Source: Lingula anatina
Lineage: Eukaryota > Animalia > Brachiopoda
Direction of reading: 5' to 3'
Length of the DNA stretch: 64,000 bases
Assembly: GCA_051362555.1 (NCBI GenBank)
Contig: CM120641.1
Coordinates: forward strand, 8,122,001-8,186,000
The notes below the pieces were generated by a model. The model was not told the DNA's origin. It did not search any database and saw nothing but the letters and a program-made list of their open reading frames with translations. Below are positions 54,093-64,000 of this stretch, in pieces; within the stretch, counting starts at the first letter, position 1, and each line of letters begins with the position of its first letter. A program made the position numbers and the translations under genes.

Positions 54093-56636
54093 TTATTCGT
54101 CACAGTGTTGGCGTGTTCTAATAACGGTGGTTTGTAAACTTAACGTTTGACCCCCATGACGTTTTGTGACGTAAACATCAATTACGTATTGTTTATTGGG
54201 TTTCAAACCTTCAATTTTGTGCACGACAGCAGATCGCCGCCTTTCTTTATATCTAAATCGTCTGCACATCACTTTCTCAGACCTTCTCCGAGACTCCGGT
54301 GCAATACATTGGTCAGGCTTCAAATAAAAGTCACTGATTTGATTACTGTGTATTTCTCTCCTGTATAAACAATATCTTGATGTCTCTCGTGTGGAAAGCC
54401 AAGCAACCGTCACGGAATTGCACTTCCGTAGATTTTCAAAACTTTTTATACTTGTGTCTTCAGGGAGTTTTGGATATGGATATTTTCTATGATTATTTGA
54501 CACAAATACTTTATAAGAAGTTCCTTGTCTTCTGCTTCCAGTGACACATATTTTGTATTCCCCAAGGATCGGGTTTTCCAGGATAAAACGACGGAGTTTA
54601 CTTGCTGAACCGCTTGTGATCACATCATCATCACGTAATATTTGAACATGTGCGTGTCCAGAACACGGCTGAACCGAAAACAGAAGTTCACTTACTTCTT
54701 GGGTCAGATTGTACATATAATATCGCGACCTTGATTTTTTGATGTAATCAAACGTAATTCTACCATCCTGCACTTCCTTGAACATAGAAGGATGTGAAGG
54801 TGTCTCGAATGAAGTGCCGTTATACGCTGTGCTCTGATTCGTTTGCTGGTTCACCGCAAAAACGTCAACGTAATACGTTTCACCAAATTGAAGATCGCTA
54901 AAAGCATAACTTGTTTTTGTTCCAATGCAAATAAAGAAATATTCACTTGGATCTGCAGCAGATATACGCGACTCCTGTCTCCGTTTCTTTTCCCTCCCTT
55001 CCCAGGTGAATCCAAATCCAAGATTTGGTGGAAGTTTTGGCGCGGAATTTCCGTGCATGTACGCCTCAGCGGCGCACATGGTCTTCATGTTTTTCTCTTG
55101 ATTTATCATGACACAATACTCGATGGGATCATTATGAAGAGCGTCGCTAGGACTTGGCTCCCAAGAGACGTGGACAGAGGTTTCACTGACGCTGGTCACG
55201 GTGACTGCGTCCTCCCCTATTGGTATCTCTGGGTAGGAGTGGTCAGCTTGCGTTGTGGACGCATAAAGCCTAATGCTGGTATCACTAGTAAGAGCTGTCA
55301 CCTCTATCACATACAGTCCGGATGATGAGGTAAAAGCCGTGTATGACATGATGCTGTCCCCTTCCTGCAAGGTCAAAGGTCGACTAGATGTAGGCGTTGT
55401 CGTTGGCAAGATTGCCCGCTTCTGTTGCAGGAATTCATCTGTTTCAACTGTAATAGAATAACGATTAGAAATTATTATCAGGTTTTGTCACAAAATCTTA
55501 CGTTGTGAAGATGCAAATCAATTCTACCTCACGTTTATTCTAACGGAGAAAAGTGCTGCATACCTGACCAATATTACCAAATATCATATATATCTTGCGT
55601 TTTTTACGCTTTACAAAAATTATATCCAAGTGAATCTATTATGTTGTGTCTCCTCTTGGGTCTTAATGTTTCTGTGGAAGCTAGATCCTGGATGTCATAC
55701 AAGGTGGGCTATTTTTGTTAAACAAAAGAAGAAACCTGAATACCGTGAAGTGTGTACTGTTTCGTCAACCTACACCTAAGTAAAATTGTTGTTCAATCAA
55801 TGTTTCGTTGGCTACTACCGTACCACGGACACAACGGTTGAAAATATTATTAAGATAAGGCTGTGGATTGAATAAATTGTCGGTAATTTATTTGAATGCT
55901 AAACACAGATAATGGAATAATTTAGAAAAACAGCCTGGAAATTTATATTCACCTTGTCCAGAGCCACTCCGCTCCTCTACGGGTAACTCTCCGTGGTAAA
56001 GCTTGAACTCCAGAGGAGAAGCGCAGGGCGTCACCTTGATAATCAGAGGACTCTCATCTTCGTCCACGATGAAATAAAATCTGCAGAGTGAAATACATGT
56101 TTGTCAATTATCATGCAGCTTGGTTTAACATCTATAGTGTTATATTTGATTAAGGCATTTTTGGATGCCAACTCAATGTTTCAAAATATCCTGAAATACA
56201 TAAGCTAAGTGTAATATTTGGTACAATCAGATGAACCAGCCCTAACTTATCTTTATAATTATGTTATACCTAATCACAAAATTTAATGTTGCTGACCCAA
56301 CATTAGCCCTTATTAATGTTTATGAAATGTTTCATGTCCAAGTTATCTAGCATTACTTGTCAATTCGCAATTTCCTTCGCCGTTGTTGCACCTTCTGAAA
56401 AAAAAATTGAAAACCTGGTAGAGAACCAACCTCTGTTTGTCTCCTTTGTAAAGGTAACTCATCACCTCGGCCCCATCAGGCAGAGCCTTTGTGTCGTATA
56501 AGATCTCTGTATGGGTGAGCTGGAATTGTGTGTAGGCACTGTTACTACTGGGTATCTTCTGACCAATGATGCCTTGAGCCAACGTGGTCAGCGTTAGTAT
56601 GACAACCGAGAACAAGGTTTCCAAAGTCAGTGTCAT
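54093..56636 (-). CDS. NDNF: Neuron-derived neurotrophic factor-like secreted FN3-domain protein
   Basis: Exons 56431-56636, 55953-56080, 54093-55447 are phase-consistent. Signal peptide MTLTLETLFSVVILTLTTLAQG; LYKGDKQRFYFIVDEDESPLIIKVTPCASPLEFKL; IEYCVMIN...KTMCAAEA; YYVDVFAVN....STAY; CNSVTVAWL...YC; GLKP.K.Y.IDVYV, all NDNF/nord-family motifs. Confidence 0.9.
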
Positions 56637-58415
56637 CCTTAAGTCTTTTTTCTGAAAGAAAAAAACAACAGGCATGAGGTTTATTCTTAGATGACAATAT
56701 TGTGCGGGGTACCCAAATTGTGAAAATCGTGCTAAGATTGCAAGTACTTGGTACTAAATGATTGTCGGCCTCAGAGTTCTTTCGTGGAAAAAAAACACAG
56801 ACACAAACTGTAAACTGTTGGCGTCGCACCAAATCTTGCATTAAATAAAACAGAGAAAAAAAGAGTAACAAAAAAACCGTAGGTCCATGACTTCTCATCC
56901 AAATAAAGTTTTAACAACATTGTATTTAAAAACATGTCTGAATAAAACAATATTTAAAATGTTAGTATTATTTTAGGTGCACTTAAATGATTAGAATAAA
57001 TGAACGATGCGCATGCCTCAGCTTATCTTAGGGACTTGCATAATAAAACTGAAATTCAGAATCTTATGTATACTTGAGCAAAGAACGATTAACCATAGGT
57101 TTAATAAATAAAAAGATTACGCATTTGCTTCCATGTACGAATCGGTATTCTTCCGACGACTTTAAGAGCATGTACTCCTTTCTTTTGTCGATTATATACA
57201 TGTAGGTTGATACCCCCGCGCCTTATCACACCCTCAAAAAAATTCAGTGTAACAATTAGCGCAGCTAATACGGATTACAGTGCTGATCATATACATGTAT
57301 TAATTAAGCCCACCATGCAACCAGCAAAGAGTTTCAAACTTGCAGTCCCAGGCTTTTGATGTGCAATTAATTTCCGATACTTACACCGTATAGACGCGAG
57401 GAGAACTTATCGCGAAGAGCATACCCACCCTTAACATAAACAAAAAATTAAGTTAATGGAACCGTATGTCCTGATTTTGTTTTAAACGCTTTGAAGTGAG
57501 CAATCTAATATCACCAGGTAGTAAAATATCAGATCGTCTGTTGATGAGAATCTCCAAGGCACAGCCTGATTTTAAAGTCTGGTAAGCTTGGGTAATTATG
57601 ATGAAATTTCTGACCGAACTGTCTGGTTGAGAATGCTTAATATTAAGAACCGTAGTCAAGCATTTCGCAAGATTGCTCAGGAGAGTGTAATCGCCCTGAG
57701 TTTCACGTGAACTTACTCTACCACAGTTAATTGTATTATAATAGATTTTTCGGAAGAGTGTTAAAACTCTGAGGTTCAGTGTTTTTACGCTACCCAACAT
57801 GGGTATCCTTCACCGTTCATTAAAGGTGGAAATAACACTGTATTATAACAGATATGGTAAAAACACTTTTCAAAAACTGTGACCACTGGTGTTTGCCATA
57901 GACATAAGAATGGTGTCCGAGAAGTTTTGGATTTATTTAGGCCTATTAACCTATTTTTGTTCTGATGATATAAATGTTTTTATGCCACAACTAGATCGGA
58001 GATGGGCATTTTAAACAGCCATCTGACATGTGTTTCAACGAAGCGACCGACAATATTTCAACGCCAAATAAAACATCATAATTTCAACACAAGGTTAAGT
58101 AAGTTTTTGTCAATAACCAGGATGGTCATGTTGGCGTACTTTTCTCTCTTTTGTGTGAAAATAACCTTCAGAACCTTACATTTATGTTGTTTACGTTGAA
58201 CTGTTTGAATACTACTGGCGATGTTACCGAAAACAAACTGGCAAAACCAGACAATGTTAACAAACACACACAGCGAACCGGGGTGCAATGTAAATGTCAA
58301 AAAGTGCGCCATTGGGTATTAATTTTGGTTAAATTTGAAAAGACCAACCAAGTGCAAACCACTACTGGGCCCGATCCTTCCTTACACAAGGCATGGATGC
58401 TTATAGGCCCTACCT

Positions 58416-58418
<3 letters not shown>

Positions 58419-58472
<54 letters not shown>
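58419..58472. repeat. (AG)n microsatellite
   Basis: Directly visible, one interruption. Confidence 0.97.
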
Positions 58473-58474
<2 letters not shown>

Positions 58475-61400
58475 TTGCAAATAAAGAAAAAACGCCTCCA
58501 CATGTACTCGACCGATATATATGCGATGACATTTTACAAAAAGTGACCATCCCAGATAGCATGAGCAGTATACACACTGCTGTTTGGTTTAAAAAATCTT
58601 CACGAAATCCGTGTAATCCCAATGAACCACTAGGCAGTGTTAAGCAGCCTAATAAATGTACTATACATATACCATTCATGTACAAAGATAGAGTTAGCCA
58701 TTGATATTTGAGTCTTTTTATCTAAATTATATCCAGCAGGAAGAAAACAGACCAAAAAGAAATGGAGAAAAAAGTGTATATACTTCATAAAGTGTAAAGA
58801 TGGGAATTATTGTTGGGAATTATTTAATAGACACAAGCACCCGGTATTGGCTAACAAATGGCAGCCTCAATATAAGTTAATTGTTGTATTCCTCATAAAC
58901 CCACAAATACTGATGAAAATGCCAAGAACGTGGGCTGAGAGGTGAAAGGGGGGGGGGTTAACCTTAAAATACATCTTCGTAGTCTCTATCAGGGCCACAG
59001 ATAGATTTTTCACTAGAATCAAGATATTCACATTTATGTCTCTAAGATAAATGATGGTACCTTTCTGCACTGTGAGAGAAAAGTGCACATAATTATCTGC
59101 GATAAGAAGTTAAAACATCTTCGTACGCATCCCTCCAGTAGAATCTGTACAAAATTGTAAAATCAAGTCGACATTATGTTGAGCCCTAGCATATTTGATG
59201 ATCTCCTTGGTTAATTTTCATTCATGAAAATACGCATAAGTAGATCTTGCCTTATTTTAGCGAGCATGTTATTTAAATGTCCTTGAGCTTTTAGAATATC
59301 GGGTTAATCTGCTCTTTTTTTAACCAGGCACCGCGAGATCAAGGCACCTCTGCGCGACTGCATTGATTTTTCAAGCGGGACAAAACCAAGATGAATTGCT
59401 TGTAAAAATGGCTGTTTAATTTTATCATCGTTCAAATATTTTCTATCTTTCAGACGTCTCATCGTCTAGCGTTTACACAGCAAGGACGGGAAGTGCTTTC
59501 AGTCTTATTTGCTTATGTTTTGTTCTAGTCTTCCGCATGCTGCAATATATTCTATGTGGTTATTTGAACGTATAAGAACAAGTTCGAGTAGTTGAGACTG
59601 ATCAAATGAACGCACACTAGAAATACTATTTAGTTTGGAAATCAGTCAAGTTATTATCATTTTTTATTGAGGCCTCCTTCCCAACAGAAAGCATGGGCAA
59701 TCTAAACCCCAGGGTGGGGGGATGGGAAGGAGGGAGGTAACTAATTGACGGGTGTTGGGTTGAGAGAGTGGGGGTAGCTTAGCCGCAGGTGACATTCATT
59801 GGGACTGAGATTCTGATGAAAAAAAAGGGGGGGGGGTCATTGTAATACTGCAAAATCGATGAAGATGATGGTGTAATCTAAATGTAATTTCAGAACATTT
59901 TTTTAATTGCCATTTACGAAACTTGCAGGAGAATAAAATGATGACTTGCATTCTTTTCTCGTTGACACTGTTAACGTTTTGCCAATGCATGTGATCCGGG
60001 AGTTTGCCATTCCCCATCTTTCAAAGTACAGCGCAAACTTTTGCACCAGCATATCCGCAAAGTTGATTGAAAGACAATAAATCAAGTAATCGGACCAAGT
60101 ATCCAACCACTAATTTATCCATTCGGTATTTTTTCTCCCTGTCTATGAGCTCTTTTTTACCGCAAACAATGTTATGTGATCGCTCGTCTGTTTCCGAGTA
60201 GTAAAATCGCTTTTTTACGCATCCATTGTTTCTCTGTCAGCTAATATTGATATCATGAGACGTGTTCATCCTTCATCTGTCTACTGTTTGTCGCGCCGGA
60301 AAATTGTCATATCACACAACCCAGTATTTTGACACTTTTACTTTGGTAAAAATTGCTATATATATAATATAACATGATATATTGCTTGGCTGTGTGACGA
60401 TGCCTGTGAATATTTCTAGAATATTTCTGACGCTGGCCTATTATTACTCTGATTCCGTTAAACTATCTGTTAGCAAGAACACAAAGGTCATTAGTAAGGA
60501 TTTGTCAATGTAATTATTCTAAGGATATTCCCAAACACAGCAGGAACTCATCTGTTATATGAAATATTACCTTGAGAAGTCGTTAAATAGATGACCGCGT
60601 CCAGTCCATTCGGCTTAAAGCCACTCTCCTTTTGCGTTGTCTCATCAAAATTTCCTAGACCTTATAAAGTATTAATCAGTCTGTCGTCATATAATTAGTA
60701 AGGGAGGTATTTTTAGCGTGGCGGGGAATAATTGAATGAAATAATTAGCTGTTCGAATTTTTTGTCGTGGTACCGAGTGCATCTAGAAACAGCTGCCTCA
60801 AGTAAGTGCAAAACAATTATCTTTTGTTTTTCTGTCATCGTAGACTGTACAAGTCTTGTGTCTGGTGCACTCAAACCGTAATATTTAAGTTATTATTCCC
60901 CTTATACATAGCCGAAATAGAAAACATTCAGTTATTTTTGGAACGGGGTCTTTGTAAACAATGTCACTTTTTGTCAAAAACTTCAAAAATTAAGGATGTA
61001 ATTTTGAAACCAAGTGACGACATGAAGCACGCGCTAACGAATGTCTCATTTTTTCCCGAACACTCAAAATCATTAGGCGAAGTCTAAACAGATTTTAGTA
61101 ATCAATATCTATTTCCACGTTCTATTTCCGAATAGATTATCTTCAGCATTTAGTAAAACATTACACCAAAGTTTGATCCTCATTACATATACATGCCAAT
61201 ATGTGTCTTTTTACATATTTTTTTCTCTAGCTACTCTATTGCCCTCGGTGTCACATCGTTAAGGGCTGAATATAAAGAATCAAGTCGCATGATTGGATAA
61301 AGTACGTCCATGCACTACACATGTCCTAAGCCATTAACTAGGTATCATCAAATTTGATGGAAAAGGTCAACATTTCCACGATAAGAATTGCAATCTACGC

Positions 61401-62360
61401 TTGATATATTTGATAATTATCCTGTATTGAAAGTATTGTCATTGTCGTCACAGTTACCATTACTTCAAACCCTTAATGTATTCCTTGCATATAATTACAA
61501 CGATTTAACATGTAATAAAGTTATTATTCATGTTGTTAGTGATAACTACTTACAGCTACAGTGCCTCAATATTTACATTATATATAATAAGTGTACTATT
61601 TAAGGTATGTTTAACATAAGGTTAAGCGCTTCTGTTACTAACAACTTACCAACAGCTTGCTATTTTATCCTTTATAGCCTACCACTGAATTATCTTGCCG
61701 GATACATACAATAGGACAAGACTATGAAATGGTCATTGGTATTTTCAGCATGGACTACACACGAAACTCTGAGACCGTGAAGTACCACGTCGACTTTTTG
61801 TACGAGCAACCGCGCACAACTTCGATCGTCTTATTACGTGATTGTGACGTAAGAAGTGATCGCATTAAAGCTGCGCGATCGGGCACAAGAGGGAATTAAA
61901 TTCGCGTAACATTGATCGGCTGTGACTGGTATGGTATCTTGGTTTTTAGCATTAAAACGTCACGTACGCGTTTGATGCGACCGATTTAAAGTCTTTCATT
62001 AAATTTAGAGACCGAAAAGTCCCCTACCCTTCAGTCACCCCGTATCGCGAGATGCTTGGTACTGAGCGCAGGTTGTGGAGTGCACATCGACACGTTAGAT
62101 TTCAGACCGACTGAGTGCGTGACACGTATGGATTTCCACGCTAATTTTAACTAATGGAGTACGCACGTGCTTCTATTTTCAAGCAGTTTAATAGTTAAGT
62201 ATCAAAGATATGCACTGTAAATGTTTAATACTCAATTATTAAAGGTTAATCCCCATTGAACTATCTTTAAAAAGATGTATGCGTGATGGCTTTTACGTTA
62301 CCCATTGATTTTTGTTTATTTCTGTGCGTTAAGAATTAAGTCGATCTCTGCTCCTGACCG

Positions 62361-62386
62361 TCTCTCTCTCTCTCTCTCTCTCTCTC
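62361..62386. repeat. (TC)n microsatellite
   Basis: Directly visible. Confidence 0.95.
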
Positions 62387-64000
62387 AACACAATGGGCTA
62401 GGCAACAACAAGTTATCGCACAAAACGCTGTGGACCCTACTTCCTATCAAGGACGCGCGGAAGTTTTCAATCTAAAATGGGATATAACCATTTCTCTTCT
62501 GTGCTCTTCCCTAGTCAAAACCAAGAGAAACCCCAGTCAGTTTCACAGCATTTTCTCCGTTACCCAGATTAATTTGTATCGTATCTGCATTTCTTTTCTT
62601 TCTAAAGAACAGCAAATTGGGAAAATTCCCTAGAGCATGAATTAGCACTAATACTGAATTCTGGAAGAACAAAATCGAAAAACACATAGACTATGATATC
62701 CCACTGAGAGATGTTCGGAGGAGGCACTTTAAGATAACGCCATATAAATGGCTTGTAGTATATTTGGTAAAATTGAATGTGACGTGTCTGATTATTTTAG
62801 GATACATGTGAAATGACACTCTTGTCTTGGGGCTAAGTCTCCTTTAAACTTTGTAAAATAAGAATGAACTCGAGCAAAAAGATAACTACAAGCATCAGGT
62901 GATTGATACATGGAGTCGAGCAAACTTGGTCGGATTCAGAATACTGCGCTACACTTCCCTTATAACATGCCTTTGCAGTGTATTTTTGATGAATTCGTCA
63001 AAATAGAAATCCAGACATTTGGTAATATGCAGGAACGGTCCAAGAAAAACAAAGTCTACAGAAAAATTTGTAAAACGAATAGTGCCTATGTCAGGACGGA
63101 TTAATATCGTAAAAGAAATTTTTCAAAAGAATTCGAAAAAAAAGAAAGAAAGAAACATCGTTAGCTGGTTAATTATGTGAACGCACTGATGATATATTAT
63201 ATTGCATTTCAATAATATTTGACATAGTTGATGAAAATTGCAAGAGGGAGCCATCCTCTGTCAACCTGAACACGGTAGTGCAAGACAGCGATGGCACTGT
63301 ACAAAATAACCCTAACTAAACAAAACCATGCGATTGTAGCGCTAGTATTTGCACTTGAATAAGGTTTCAATATCAGAAAAACATTTTTCGCCTAAACAAC
63401 TGCTTTATAGTTAACGTATTCTACTGTTGACTGCACCAAAGCCTGTAGTAAACGGTGGTGTAAGAGCCTGCTGGGTAACTATGCGCCCTCGCTCATAATT
63501 TTGCACCGAGATACAACCGTGATAAGAGGGTTACAATCGTTCTTGTTTTGAAACACAACAAACACGTAACTGAAACCGTAGACCAGTGAGCGCATCTTGA
63601 CTAAGTTGTAAAATACAGCTTCTTCAATACAGTTTCATTTCTTTTTTTCGAACAATTGTTCGAACGATTACTACAATCCGGGATGATTTAAATGGGCGAG
63701 TGTGTGCCCCGTCTGGAATCGTGCACTGAGCAACATTTTTGCATGTTGGCTTTGCAAAGAAAAACTAGCTATGTGAAACCCGGTTTGCATTGGTATGTTT
63801 TACTTTCAGAGGTTATGTGAGTCTCCAGTGAAAATTGTTTAAACGCCTTGGTGAACAATAATGCATAAAACGTTTTATGCATGTATTCAACTTGTGGCGC
63901 TGCAAACCTATGGCAAATCCATTGGCTTGTTGAGTGTGGTTGAAAAACATTACAAACAGAATTGATAAGATACTGAAATAACGTATACTGTCTCATGCAT

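Noticed and set aside
56900-64000. Short ORFs upstream of the NDNF-like gene
   Set aside because: No motifs or consistent exon chain; likely intron or intergenic sequence. A possible 5'UTR donor near 60570 is unsupported.

Overview
AT-rich, intron-containing genomic DNA from an invertebrate animal (probably a mollusc or other lophotrochozoan; taxon is inferred). By following GT-AG splice sites and exon phases I reconstructed five protein-coding genes: a DTHD1-like ZU5/death-domain gene (+, 437-9427), a single-coding-exon Tctex1-family dynein light chain (+, 11752-12315), an Arkadia/RNF111-RNF165-like RING-H2 E3 ligase (-, stop 19403, first exon near 31.9 kb), a POGZ/ZNF280-family C2H2 zinc-finger gene (+, 37090-51075) arranged head-to-head with it, and an NDNF-like gene (-, 54093-56636). 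Two features stand out. (1) A 3.2-kb non-coding element (13347-16556) has A...BA...B split direct repeats joined through TTTA, the layout of PAT/Ngaro-type tyrosine-recombinase retrotransposons, and carries three regularly spaced conserved hairpins with unrelated spacers. (2) The POGZ-like gene lacks a pogo transposase but has an in-frame skippable two-exon THAP domain, a second pseudogenised THAP in its presumed first intron, and an RGG/Tyr-rich tail. All family calls come from motif recognition by eye; no database search was run.
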